Shown here in pieces: positions 40,052 to 49,824 of a stretch of DNA of 64,000 nt; position 1 is the first letter of the stretch; every line of letters begins with the position of its first letter. This DNA is from Patescibacteria group bacterium. Lineage in GTDB: Bacteria > Patescibacteriota > Minisyncoccia > Phycocordibacterales > Phycocordibacteraceae. The notes beneath the pieces were generated by a model that saw nothing but the letters and a program-made list of their open reading frames with translations, made no database searches and was not told where the DNA came from. The stretch covers positions 344,934 through 408,933 of the forward strand of contig JBBTSZ010000002.1 in the NCBI GenBank assembly GCA_038064495.1, given 5' to 3'. A program made the translations under genes and the position numbers.

Positions 40052-40594
40052 ATGGCGCTTACCAACCCCGCCCTGCTTGAGGCAGTACTGTTCGCATCCG
40101 GCGAAGCGCTTACCAAGAAACGCGTTATGGCGCTTCTTGATTTTTCTGCCGAAGAATTGGAAGAGGCAAGTGGCGTCCTTCGTGAGGCACTTTCGGGACA
40201 TGGCCTTGCTCTGGCTGAGACTGACACCGAACTTGAGCTCCGCACGGCTCCTGAGGCACACGAGATAGTAAAAAAACTCCGTGAGAGTGAGTTATCGCGC
40301 GATCTCGGAAAGGCGAGTCTTGAAACACTTGCGCTCGTTATTTATCGCGGAAGTGCGACACGTGGAGAAATAGACTGGGTACGCGGAGTAAACTCTGGAG
40401 CTGCGATTCGCTCACTCACGCTCCGCGGTCTCATTGAACGCTCCGAAGACGTAACCGACAAACGTCGCGCTCGTTACACAGCCACCATGGATGCGCTTGC
40501 ACACTTAGGAGTTGCAAAGCGCGAAGACCTCCCGCGCTATGCAGAATTCACGGCGACCTTGAAAGAGCAGGAAGCTAAAACGGAAAGCGTATGA
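40052..40594 (+). CDS. scpB: Segregation/condensation protein B
   Basis: LEAVLFASGE, LETLALVIY, IDWVRGVNS. Confidence 0.92.
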   Translation: MALTNPALLEAVLFASGEALTKKRVMALLDFSAEELEEASGVLREALSGHGLALAETDTELELRTAPEAHEIVKKLRESELSRDLGKASLETLALVIYRGSATRGEIDWVRGVNSGAAIRSLTLRGLIERSEDVTDKRRARYTATMDALAHLGVAKREDLPRYAEFTATLKEQEAKTESV

Positions 40595-41565
40595 AGGGTG
40601 CCGACAGCAAACAACTTCGGGAGCTGGTCGCGCGCTACCAAACGAAACTACACACACGTGAGACCGTACTGAACGTCCTTGCAGGTCTTGGCTTAATTGG
40701 GTTCGGTATTGTACTCGTTCCACTTATTTCTAGCCACCGCATTCCAACTGCGTTTGTACCGGAAGCCACGAGTACACCAATCACGGTAAACGCATTCTCT
40801 GGACTCGCACTCACCGGCGAAGCTGCCGTTGTGTATGACCTCTCCACTGGCGAGGTGCTCTTTGAGAAAAATGGTACGAAGCAATTACCGCTTGCGTCCC
40901 TTACGAAACTTCTCACCATGTATGCCGCAGCAAATGCACTTTCTAAAACCGCGAGTGTGACGATATCAGAAACAGCACTCGCTCAAGACGGGGACAGTGG
41001 CCTGACGCTTGGCGAGACCTTCAGACTTTCAGATTTAGAACGTTTTGCCCTTGTTGCCTCATCAAACGACGCGGCAGAGGCAATTGCTGAAGCCGCCTCG
41101 TTAGCACACAAGTCTTCAAACAGGGAACTTCTAGCAAGCGCTGCTGCGGCAGCTGGCCTCCTTCAGACCTATGCAAACAATGGAACCGGTCTTGATGTCT
41201 CTACCTACAAGTCAGGCGGGTACGGTTCAGCGGAAGATGTTGCCCGTCTTGCAGGCGCCCTCATCAAGACCTCTCCCGAAATAGCACATGCAACGATTGA
41301 ACCATACGTGACGGCACGTTCACTTTCAGGCCAGTCGCACACCCTCCCGAATACCAACCAAGACATTGTGCATATTCCAAACCCGCTCCTTTCTAAAACA
41401 GGATTCACTGACCTTGCCGGAGGGAATCTTGTTGTGGTCTTTGACGCAGGAATTAACCACCCGGTTGCCGTCGTGGTGCTTGGCTCCACCAAGGAAGGCC
41501 GCTTTACGGATGTAGACCACCTTGTACTGCGTACTCTGAGCCACTTCGCAGGTATAGCCCCGTAA
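40591..41565 (+). CDS. D-alanyl-D-alanine carboxypeptidase (S11)
   Basis: ASLTK (SxxK), SSN (SxN), KTG. Confidence 0.88.
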   Translation: MKGADSKQLRELVARYQTKLHTRETVLNVLAGLGLIGFGIVLVPLISSHRIPTAFVPEATSTPITVNAFSGLALTGEAAVVYDLSTGEVLFEKNGTKQLPLASLTKLLTMYAAANALSKTASVTISETALAQDGDSGLTLGETFRLSDLERFALVASSNDAAEAIAEAASLAHKSSNRELLASAAAAAGLLQTYANNGTGLDVSTYKSGGYGSAEDVARLAGALIKTSPEIAHATIEPYVTARSLSGQSHTLPNTNQDIVHIPNPLLSKTGFTDLAGGNLVVVFDAGINHPVAVVVLGSTKEGRFTDVDHLVLRTLSHFAGIAP

Positions 41566-41568
41566 TTT

Positions 41569-42630
41569 ATGGTATTTGACGCTGCACGAGTTCTCCTTCC
41601 GTTTGTCGCCTCCTTCATCATTGGGATCGGTCTCACGCCGATTGTGACGCATTACCTCTACAAGCATAAGGCGTGGAAGAAACGGGGAGGGAAGGGAAAT
41701 GGTATGGGAGACACTGCCGGAACCCCTCTGTTTGATTCACTTCATGGCGAACGCGAAGTTTCTACGCCGCGCATGGGTGGCATCGTGGTATGGGGTGCAA
41801 CACTTCTCACCGCGATATTTGCAGGCCTCTTAACCCTTGCTTTCGGCTCTCCGTTTGACCAGCTGAACTTTGTAAATCGTGGCCAGACCTGGCTACCACT
41901 TTTTGCTCTTGTGGTCGGTGGACTCGTTGGCCTTCTTGATGACATTCTTGAGGTCTCGCGGAGTGCCGGAGGACTTCGTTTACGCTTCCGCCTTCTCGTC
42001 GTTGCACTCCTTGGTGCATTCTCTGGCTGGTGGTTTTATGCCAAGCTTGGAGTGAGCGCTGTGAATGTTCCGTTTGTTGGACCTTATGAACTCGGCGCAT
42101 TGTTTATTCTCTTTTTCGTATTTGTAACACTCGCGCTCTATGCGGGAGGCGTCATTGATGGCATTGACGGACTTGCCGGTGGCATCTTTGCCTTTATCTT
42201 CATGTCGTACGCAGCGATAGGATTCGCACAAGGCCAATTCGCACTTGCCGCTTTTAGCTCTGCCGTTGCCGGCTCGTTGTTTGCGTTTCTTTGGTTCAAC
42301 ATTCCTCCCGCTCGTTTTTATCTTTCTGAGACCGGCAGTATGGGGCTCACTATGGCGCTTGCGGTGACTGCCTTTCTCACCGACATACCAGGGGACGGAA
42401 TTGGTATCTTTGTTCTTCCCATCATTGCGCTTCCGCTCACGGTAACCGTTATCACCAACGCCATACAGGTTATTTCAAAGAGAGTATTTAAGAAAAAAGT
42501 ATTTAAGATTGCTCCCATTCATCATCACTTTGAAGCACTTGGTTGGCCTGCCTACAAAGTCACCATGCGCTACTGGGTCATCAGTATTATCGCGGGTATC
42601 TTTGGCATTTCGCTCGCACTTCTGAAATAG
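41569..42630 (+). CDS. mraY: Phospho-N-acetylmuramoyl-pentapeptide transferase
   Basis: TPRMGG, GLLDD, DGIDGL, APIHHHFE. Confidence 0.93.
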   Translation: MVFDAARVLLPFVASFIIGIGLTPIVTHYLYKHKAWKKRGGKGNGMGDTAGTPLFDSLHGEREVSTPRMGGIVVWGATLLTAIFAGLLTLAFGSPFDQLNFVNRGQTWLPLFALVVGGLVGLLDDILEVSRSAGGLRLRFRLLVVALLGAFSGWWFYAKLGVSAVNVPFVGPYELGALFILFFVFVTLALYAGGVIDGIDGLAGGIFAFIFMSYAAIGFAQGQFALAAFSSAVAGSLFAFLWFNIPPARFYLSETGSMGLTMALAVTAFLTDIPGDGIGIFVLPIIALPLTVTVITNAIQVISKRVFKKKVFKIAPIHHHFEALGWPAYKVTMRYWVISIIAGIFGISLALLK

Positions 42631-42631
42631 T

Positions 42632-43735
42632 ATGAAAGCGCTTTCTGGTGATCGTTTGTTTGCCCTTATCGTCACCATCCTCGTCGTTGGTGGAGCGGCT
42701 ATGTTTCTTTCTGCGGCACTCGGTCTTCTCGCTCGCCAGAACGCCGACCTCGGACACCTCGCGGTAACTCAGCTGGTGCTTGGTCTTATTCCGGGACTAA
42801 TTGCGCTCGTGATTCTCCGATTTATGCCGCCGAAACTCTTGATGCAGAGCGTCATTCCGTTTTACATTTTTGCGCTCATCCTTACCGCACTCGTGTTTAC
42901 CCCCATTGGCGTCCACACGAATGGTGCGACGAGATGGCTCGCGATTGGTCCCGTTACCGTTCAACCGGCAGAATTCCTCAAGATTGCGGTCGTACTTATG
43001 TTTGCTGGATACCTTGCGAAGAACCGAGCAAAGCTTGCTGATTTCAAACACGGACTCTTAGGGTTTGGACTCATCGTCGGAATTCCTTCATTACTTCTTA
43101 TCATGCAACCAAACACCTCCACTACTCTCGTTATAGGCGCAACGGCAGCTGCCATGTATTTCATCGCCGGAGCACCCCTTCGTGATTTCTTCATACTTGG
43201 ACTTATCGCGGTCATTGGATTCAGTTTGCTTGTATTCATGCGTCCGTATCTGTTAGAACGTGTCACGACCTTCATACACCCCTCTCATGACCGACTTGCA
43301 AGTGGCTACCAAATTCAACAGTCACTGATTGCGGTGGGCTCGGGCGGACTCCTCGGACGCGGATTCGGACAAAGCGTGCAGAAATTTAACTACCTGCCGG
43401 AACCAGTGGGGGACTCTATCTTTGCGGTCTACAGTGAAGAGTTTGGTTTTCTTGGTTCAGTGCTTCTCGTACTACTATTCCTCGGTTTTGCACTCCGCGG
43501 CTTTATGATTGCGTCGCAAGCCAGTGACGCCTTTGGCACCTTTACTGCAAGCGGTCTGACACTTATCATCACGGTGTCCGCATTTTTGAATATTGGCGCC
43601 ATGCTTTCCATCTTTCCGCTGACCGGACTCCCGCTCCCATTCATTTCGCATGGCGGTACCGCGCTCCTGGCAGCACTCGCCTCTGTCGGTATCATTTTAA
43701 ACATCGCCGCACACCGCGCAAAACGACGCTCCTAG
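42632..43735 (+). CDS. ftsW: SEDS peptidoglycan glycosyltransferase FtsW
   Basis: NGATRW, QPAEFLK, GYQIQQSL, LPEP..D.IF, LPFISHGG; lies between mraY and murG. Confidence 0.9.
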   Translation: MKALSGDRLFALIVTILVVGGAAMFLSAALGLLARQNADLGHLAVTQLVLGLIPGLIALVILRFMPPKLLMQSVIPFYIFALILTALVFTPIGVHTNGATRWLAIGPVTVQPAEFLKIAVVLMFAGYLAKNRAKLADFKHGLLGFGLIVGIPSLLLIMQPNTSTTLVIGATAAAMYFIAGAPLRDFFILGLIAVIGFSLLVFMRPYLLERVTTFIHPSHDRLASGYQIQQSLIAVGSGGLLGRGFGQSVQKFNYLPEPVGDSIFAVYSEEFGFLGSVLLVLLFLGFALRGFMIASQASDAFGTFTASGLTLIITVSAFLNIGAMLSIFPLTGLPLPFISHGGTALLAALASVGIILNIAAHRAKRRS

Positions 43736-43771
43736 CGCGTGTTCACATGCTACAATCGCCGTAACGAGGTC

Positions 43772-44932
43772 ATGAGAATTGTATTTACAGGAAGTGGTAC
43801 GGGTGGACATTTTTATCCACTCATAGCCATTGCTGAAGCAGTCCGAGAACAGGCGAGTAGTAAGCGTCTCCTTGCGCCAGAGATGTATTTCTTGGGTCCC
43901 GACCCGTTTGACCAGCAGGCACTATTTGAAAATAAAATTGCGTTTGTTGCGACACCAGCCGGTAAAGTACGTCGCTATTTCTCACTTAAGAATGTGAGCG
44001 ATTTCTTCGTTACGATTCGTGGGGTTATTAGTGCACTTATTTCACTTGTCAGTATCTATCCTGATGTCGTTGTTTCTAAAGGTGGCTACACCACTGTCCC
44101 AGTAACGGTTGCCGCAAATATCCTTCGTATTCCGGTCATTATCCATGAGTCTGATGCGAAGCCGGGCCGAGCAAATTTGTTTGCTGCTCCGCGCGCATAC
44201 CGTATCGCTATTACTTTTGATACTGCTCGTGTGTTCTTCCCGAAGAAAGTTCAAGACCGCATTGCACTTACTGGCATTCCGATACGCCGCGAGATCGCGT
44301 ACGTAGACGCACAGGGTGCGCAGGAGGAGCTCCATCTTGACCGTGCCGTTCCAACCATATTCATACTCGGAGGCTCAAGTGGCTCTCAGCGTATTAACGA
44401 AGTCGTGCTTTCTGCTCTTCCCGACCTCGTCTCGTTTGCAAACATCATTCACCAAACTGGAAAGGATAACTTCACGGATGTAGAAGCTACATCCAAGGTG
44501 ATTCTCGGTAAGAGTGAGCACGCTATTCGCTATCATGCATTTCCGTACTTAAATGCTCAGTCCATGCGCCGTGCTGCGGGTGCAGCGACCCTCGTCATCT
44601 CGCGTGCAGGTGCGACCGCCATCTACGAAATATCACTCTGGAAGAAGCCAGCGATTCTCATTCCGATTCCAGAAGCCATTAGCCACGATCAGCGCACGAA
44701 TGCGTACTCTTTCGCACAAACCGGTGCTGCCGTCGTTTTGGAGGAAGCTAATCTTACACCGCATGTCCTTGCATCTGAGGCGAAGCGAATTGCAACTGAC
44801 GCAACCCTTGTACAGACCATGGGTGAGAAAGGTGGTGCCTTTGCCAACCCAAACGCAGCGAATGTAATTGCCGAAGAGATACTATCTATCGGTATTGAAC
44901 ACGCATCCACAACTAGTAAAAGTAACGTATGA
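43772..44932 (+). CDS. murG: MurG glycosyltransferase
   Basis: Start MRIVF; GTGGHFYP, KGGY, HESD, GGSSG, SRAG, Q..NA. Confidence 0.93.
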   Translation: MRIVFTGSGTGGHFYPLIAIAEAVREQASSKRLLAPEMYFLGPDPFDQQALFENKIAFVATPAGKVRRYFSLKNVSDFFVTIRGVISALISLVSIYPDVVVSKGGYTTVPVTVAANILRIPVIIHESDAKPGRANLFAAPRAYRIAITFDTARVFFPKKVQDRIALTGIPIRREIAYVDAQGAQEELHLDRAVPTIFILGGSSGSQRINEVVLSALPDLVSFANIIHQTGKDNFTDVEATSKVILGKSEHAIRYHAFPYLNAQSMRRAAGAATLVISRAGATAIYEISLWKKPAILIPIPEAISHDQRTNAYSFAQTGAAVVLEEANLTPHVLASEAKRIATDATLVQTMGEKGGAFANPNAANVIAEEILSIGIEHASTTSKSNV

Positions 44933-46350
44933 CCGTTCGTACTCGCTTTGCCCCAAGTCCAACCGGCTGGCTACATGTCGGCGGTATTCGTACCGCACTC
45001 TTTGCGTGGCTCTACGCCCGCAAGCATGGCGGCCAGTTCATTTTGCGTATTGAAGACACTGACCAGGAGCGAGAAGTGGAAGGCTCAGCTGCACATATTA
45101 CCGAGTCACTGAACTGGCTTGGTATTGTTCCGGACGAAGGTCCTGAGCAGGGTGGTCCACACTCTCCTTATAGCCAGTCAGAACGTCTCTCACTCTATAA
45201 GCAGTACGCACAGAAACTCATTGAGGCAGGACATGCCTACACAGACCCGTACACCGAAGAGGAGGTGGAGGCACTTCGCAAACAGGCTGAAGATGAGAAA
45301 CGTCCCTTTCTCTACCGAGAGCATCGTAAAGAGGAAACCGCGTCATGGGACGGTACCCGACCGCTTCGCTTCAAAGTACCTACCATCAAACGCTACACCT
45401 GGACGGACGAAGTACGTGGCGAACTTACGGCAGGCGAGGAAGCACTGGATGATTTCATACTGATAAAGTCGGACGGGTTTCCAACCTACAACTTCGCTCA
45501 CATTGTGGACGATATAGAAATGGAAATCACGCACGTACTTCGGGGTGAAGAATTTATTGCCTCCACACCGAAATTTCTTTCCTTGTATGACGCGCTTGGT
45601 GTAGAGGCTCCGCACATTGCGACCATGCCCCCTATTCTTGGTCCTGACGGAAAAAAGAAATTGAGTAAGCGCGATGGAGCGAAAGATATCTTGGAGTACC
45701 GCACGGAAGGATATCTCCCACAGGCCATGCGTAACTACCTTGCACTCATTGGCTGGAATCCTGGTACCGAGCAAGAGGTGCTCTCTGACGCTGAGATGAT
45801 TTCAGCATTTGATTTTGACCGAGTGCAGAAAAGTGGGGGAGCCTTTGACGAACAAAAACTCCTTTTCATTAACCGTGAGTGGATGCGACAGCTTTCAGCC
45901 AAGGAATACATCCAGGAGGGGACGCTTGATGCTAAAGACGGGGCTCGCCTGTTGCTTGCCGTACCCCTCCTCCAGGAGCGAGCTTCAACCTTTAGCGAGG
46001 CTCGCGAGATGCTCGGTGGGGAACTCGCCTGTCTTTTCAACGAACCAACCGTTGACGCAACACTACTTGCATCAAAGAGCGACGCTACAGCTACCAAGGA
46101 ACATTTGAATAGATTACTCACACACATACAAGAATTTCCCGACACGCCTTCGGTTGAAGACGTAAAAGAAAAGCTTATGGCGTATGCTGACACCATCCCG
46201 AAAGAAGCAGGTGGTCGCGGAAGCGTGTTATGGCCGCTGCGCTACGCACTTTCCGGGGCGGAGCGCTCTCCTGACCCGTTCACTCTTATCCATATTTTAG
46301 GTACGAAAACTACGGTCTCGCGGGTGACTTCAGCACTTGCTATACTATAG
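44929..46350 (+). CDS. gltX: Glutamate--tRNA ligase
   Basis: RFAPSPTG.LHVGG, LRIEDTD, KLSKR. Confidence 0.96.
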   Translation: MTVRTRFAPSPTGWLHVGGIRTALFAWLYARKHGGQFILRIEDTDQEREVEGSAAHITESLNWLGIVPDEGPEQGGPHSPYSQSERLSLYKQYAQKLIEAGHAYTDPYTEEEVEALRKQAEDEKRPFLYREHRKEETASWDGTRPLRFKVPTIKRYTWTDEVRGELTAGEEALDDFILIKSDGFPTYNFAHIVDDIEMEITHVLRGEEFIASTPKFLSLYDALGVEAPHIATMPPILGPDGKKKLSKRDGAKDILEYRTEGYLPQAMRNYLALIGWNPGTEQEVLSDAEMISAFDFDRVQKSGGAFDEQKLLFINREWMRQLSAKEYIQEGTLDAKDGARLLLAVPLLQERASTFSEAREMLGGELACLFNEPTVDATLLASKSDATATKEHLNRLLTHIQEFPDTPSVEDVKEKLMAYADTIPKEAGGRGSVLWPLRYALSGAERSPDPFTLIHILGTKTTVSRVTSALAIL

Positions 46351-46353
46351 GCA

Positions 46354-47646
46354 ATGCGTGAACGTTCATTGTTTGCACTTGTGCTCGTGCTTTTTGTGCC
46401 ACTCTTGTTATTTGGCATGTTCACCTCACCTATCGTTCGTGCTCAAAGCACAAACGATATCCAGCAACAAATTGCTGACCACAATAAAAAGATTGCTGAT
46501 CTGGAAGCAGAAATAGCCACCTATCAGAAACAGTTAAATCAGCTCGGTACCCAGCACGCTACCCTTGCCACTTCGATTAAGTCGCTTGACGTATCTCGAG
46601 CTCAACTCACTGCAAAAATTAAGTCTCTGCAACAAAAGATTGGTGCGCTTAATTTGGAACTAAAGCAGCTTGGCAACCAAATAGCTGACAAACAACAGTC
46701 CATTTCGCTTTCAAAACGAACCCTTGCTCAATCTCTGCGCAATATTGACGAGATAGATAGCGCAACAGTGGTTGAACAAGTCTTCGCCGCCGATAACCTC
46801 ACTGAGGCATGGGCTGCAGTAGACGCAAATGTAACTCTAAACGCAGCCTTAAGAAGTCATTCCGAGGAATTGAGTCAAGTGAAGCATGAGCTCACGGCAC
46901 AACAAGAATCAGTTGCAAAGACTCAGGCACAACTCACGACCATTACGACTGATTTAAGTACTCAAAAAAAGGCTGTGGAGGTGACTACTCAACAAAAAGC
47001 TGCACTACTCGCACAAACAAAAAATAAAGAAAGTGCGTATCAGCAACTTATCACTACCAAACGTGCTCAGCAAAAGGCCTTTGAGTCAGTGCTGGCAGGT
47101 CTTGAGAGCAGTCTGAAGTCCGTCGGTGCAGGAAGTATTCCTCGCACCGGTTCAGGTATTCTTTCCTGGCCTACAACAAACCACGCCATCACGCAGTATT
47201 TTGGTAACACCGCATTTGCAAAGTCAGGCGCTTATAACGGTGCAGGGCACAACGGCATTGATATCGGGATTCCTATTGGAACTCCACTTGGTGCTTCATT
47301 GTCGGGAACGGTGCTTGCTACCGGTAATACTGATGCCATTCCGGGTTGTTATTCCTTTGGTAAATGGGTGATGATAAACCACGCCAATGGACTCTCTACG
47401 ATGTATGCACATCTTTCTCAGGTGAGTGTCGCAAAGGGTGCTACGGTCACAACCGGCCAAATCATTGGTTACTCAGGTATGACCGGTTACGCCACTGGCC
47501 CGCATCTTCACTTCGGTGTGTACGCAACAGCCGGAGTGCAGATAACCACACTTCGAGCCGCACGGGGCGCAACGAGTCCGTGCGCAGGCGCTCCGATTCC
47601 GATTGCACCAACCAACGCCTATTTGAACCCAATGTCCTACCTGTAG
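46354..47646 (+). CDS. Coiled-coil M23 family peptidase (EnvC/MepM-like)
   Basis: Signal peptide, long coiled coil, HNGID, YAHLS, TGPHLHF. Confidence 0.9.
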   Translation: MRERSLFALVLVLFVPLLLFGMFTSPIVRAQSTNDIQQQIADHNKKIADLEAEIATYQKQLNQLGTQHATLATSIKSLDVSRAQLTAKIKSLQQKIGALNLELKQLGNQIADKQQSISLSKRTLAQSLRNIDEIDSATVVEQVFAADNLTEAWAAVDANVTLNAALRSHSEELSQVKHELTAQQESVAKTQAQLTTITTDLSTQKKAVEVTTQQKAALLAQTKNKESAYQQLITTKRAQQKAFESVLAGLESSLKSVGAGSIPRTGSGILSWPTTNHAITQYFGNTAFAKSGAYNGAGHNGIDIGIPIGTPLGASLSGTVLATGNTDAIPGCYSFGKWVMINHANGLSTMYAHLSQVSVAKGATVTTGQIIGYSGMTGYATGPHLHFGVYATAGVQITTLRAARGATSPCAGAPIPIAPTNAYLNPMSYL

Positions 47647-48272
47647 CTCTTGGTATCGCGTAATCGCCACAACACCCGGGAAGCCGTAGAGCGGTATGGA
47701 CTCCATTTCTCACTGATTTCTAAATAGACGGCTTTCGGGCTGTCCTTTGGTATACCGTACAGTGTCTCCATAGAGCGGGTAAGACCGAGATCGCCTAGAG
47801 AGAAAATATCCTCGCGTAGTAGCGCAAACATGAGGAACATCTCTGCGGTCCATCTACCAATTCCCCAAACACTTGAGAGTGTAGTGATGGCTTCTTCTTC
47901 TGGAAGTTTTGCAAGTTTTTTAAAATCCACCTCGCCACTCTGTACCGCTTTTGCAAGTTCCTTGAGTGCTTTTATTTTTGCAGCAGAAAGTCCCGCGCTT
48001 CGCATGCTGGTTATGCGTAATTTGAGAATAGTTTCAGCGGTTACTTCACCCTTACACTTTCCTTTAAGCCTGCCCCATATCGTGTCCGCTGCCTTGGTAG
48101 AGAGTTGTTGCGAGACGATGGAACCCGCAAGGTGTGCAAAAAGTTTTGAATAGTTTCTGCGGTGCATTCCTTTCGCAAGCACGGTCTCGTAGTGGGGGAG
48201 TGCTGCCGCATGCAAAAGAGGGTCCACCTTCTTCAGATGCTTGACCGCCTTATGCTGTACGTAGGCCTTCAT
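47637..48272 (-). CDS. DNA-3-methyladenine glycosylase II (AlkA/HhH-GPD family)
   Basis: IVSQQLS, GLS..K, GIGRWTAEM, DLG, WSPYRS. Confidence 0.9.
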   Translation of the reverse strand: MKAYVQHKAVKHLKKVDPLLHAAALPHYETVLAKGMHRRNYSKLFAHLAGSIVSQQLSTKAADTIWGRLKGKCKGEVTAETILKLRITSMRSAGLSAAKIKALKELAKAVQSGEVDFKKLAKLPEEEAITTLSSVWGIGRWTAEMFLMFALLREDIFSLGDLGLTRSMETLYGIPKDSPKAVYLEISEKWSPYRSTASRVLWRLRDTKSYR

Positions 48273-48368
48273 TGTTGCAGTATACGCGGAGGTGCTACGT
48301 AACTTGACTTTCTAGAGACTACATGGTACATTCTTCCCATTAACCGAACGTAGGCAGTAGCAAGAAAC

Positions 48369-49562
48369 ATGAAGAAAATCATCAGTTCTGCGCTTATTCC
48401 TGTTTTTGTTCTCTCTCTCATTGTCTCAGCAAGTCCCGTACAGGCGGCTCCTGGTAAAAGCAACCATGCAGCAGTCTGTGCAAAAGGCAACGATGAAGTT
48501 CGCTGTCACGCACATGTAGAAGTAGACGCTGAAGGAAATGCCAAAGCATTTGTGGCGCCCTCTGGACTTGGCCCTGCAGCTTTTCATGCAGCCTATACCC
48601 CTGTCACGACCGTTTCCGAGAAGCGTATCATCGCCATCGTAGACGCATACGACCATCCAAACATTAAGGCTGACCTTGATACCTACAGCACGACCTACGG
48701 CATTCCGAAGCTTCCAAGTTGCGTTGGTCCTATCGCTTCTTCAGCGACTCCGTGTTTTCAAAAGATGAGTCAGTCGGGAAGCACGACCAAGTTCCCGGTA
48801 GCGAATGCTGGCTGGGCTCTTGAAATTGCGCTTGATGTTGAGACTGCACACGCTATGTGTCAGAACTGCGGGATTCTTCTCGTAGAGGCTACTAGTGCAA
48901 GCTATAACGACCTTATGGCGTCGGTAGACCGTGCCGTCTTAAGTGGCGCAAACGTTGTCTCTAACTCCTATGGAAGTAACGAGTTCCCGACTCAGACGAA
49001 CTACGATTTCCACTTTAACCGTCCTGGAGTAGCCTTTACGGTCTCTTCTGGAGATGCCGGCTACGGTGCACAGTATCCTGCTTCGTCTCCCTACGTTACT
49101 GCGGTTGGTGGTACGACACTCAACATGAGTGGTACCACCTACGTGAGCGAGACTGCGTGGGCTGGTGCTGGTTCAGGTTGCAGTGCCTACGAGGCAAAAC
49201 CTTCTTTCCAGCATGATACTGAGTGTGCAAACCGCACCGTCGCGGACGTATCAGCAGTAGCAGACCCAAACACCGGAGCTGCGGTCTACAATAGTTTCCG
49301 CACGGTTGGTAAGAAGAAAGGAAGCTGGTATGTCGTTGGTGGTACGAGCCTTTCTGCTCCCCTTATCGCTGGCATGTACGCTCTCGGTGGGGTGCCCTCC
49401 GGCGTCCAAGCAAACTCACTCCCATACGGCACGCCAAGCGCGCTCCGTGACATACTTTCCGGTTCTAACGGCAGCTGTAGTGGAAGCTATCTTTGCACTG
49501 CACTTGCTGGTTATGACGGCCCGACGGGACTTGGTTCTCCAAATGGTTTGGGAGCCTTTTAA
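48369..49562 (+). CDS. Secreted S53/S8 (sedolisin-like) peptidase
   Basis: Signal peptide; EIALD, SSGD, AVGGT, GGTSLSAP, GYDGPTGLG. Confidence 0.85.
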   Translation: MKKIISSALIPVFVLSLIVSASPVQAAPGKSNHAAVCAKGNDEVRCHAHVEVDAEGNAKAFVAPSGLGPAAFHAAYTPVTTVSEKRIIAIVDAYDHPNIKADLDTYSTTYGIPKLPSCVGPIASSATPCFQKMSQSGSTTKFPVANAGWALEIALDVETAHAMCQNCGILLVEATSASYNDLMASVDRAVLSGANVVSNSYGSNEFPTQTNYDFHFNRPGVAFTVSSGDAGYGAQYPASSPYVTAVGGTTLNMSGTTYVSETAWAGAGSGCSAYEAKPSFQHDTECANRTVADVSAVADPNTGAAVYNSFRTVGKKKGSWYVVGGTSLSAPLIAGMYALGGVPSGVQANSLPYGTPSALRDILSGSNGSCSGSYLCTALAGYDGPTGLGSPNGLGAF

Positions 49563-49570
49563 CTAACGTC

Positions 49571-49608
49571 AAAAAGCCCCGTCTGCGCTAGCGCAGACGG
49601 GGCTTTTT
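49571..49608. terminator. Perfect 38-bp palindrome, bidirectional terminator
   Basis: aaaaagccccgtctgcgctagcgcagacggggcttttt. Confidence 0.85.
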
Positions 49609-49824
49609 CGTAGTTATCCACATATCAGAAAACTCCGCACAGGAGTTGCTTGACGTGGAAAACCATAGTGGCACTATTGCCAATAGGTGCTAGCAATGGG
49701 GCTTGCACTGTTCTCATCCGGAAGCCGGTTTATTAACGCGCGTACGCGGCTTTTTCGGCTTTGCAAGAATTGCTTAAAAACTACACACAGACCTACGTCG
49801 CTTATGACTAGTGTCGTCTCGCTT

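Noticed and set aside
49614-49622. Perfect DnaA box TTATCCACA as oriC
   Set aside because: Single box with no cluster, no dnaA/dnaN nearby and no divergent strand switch.
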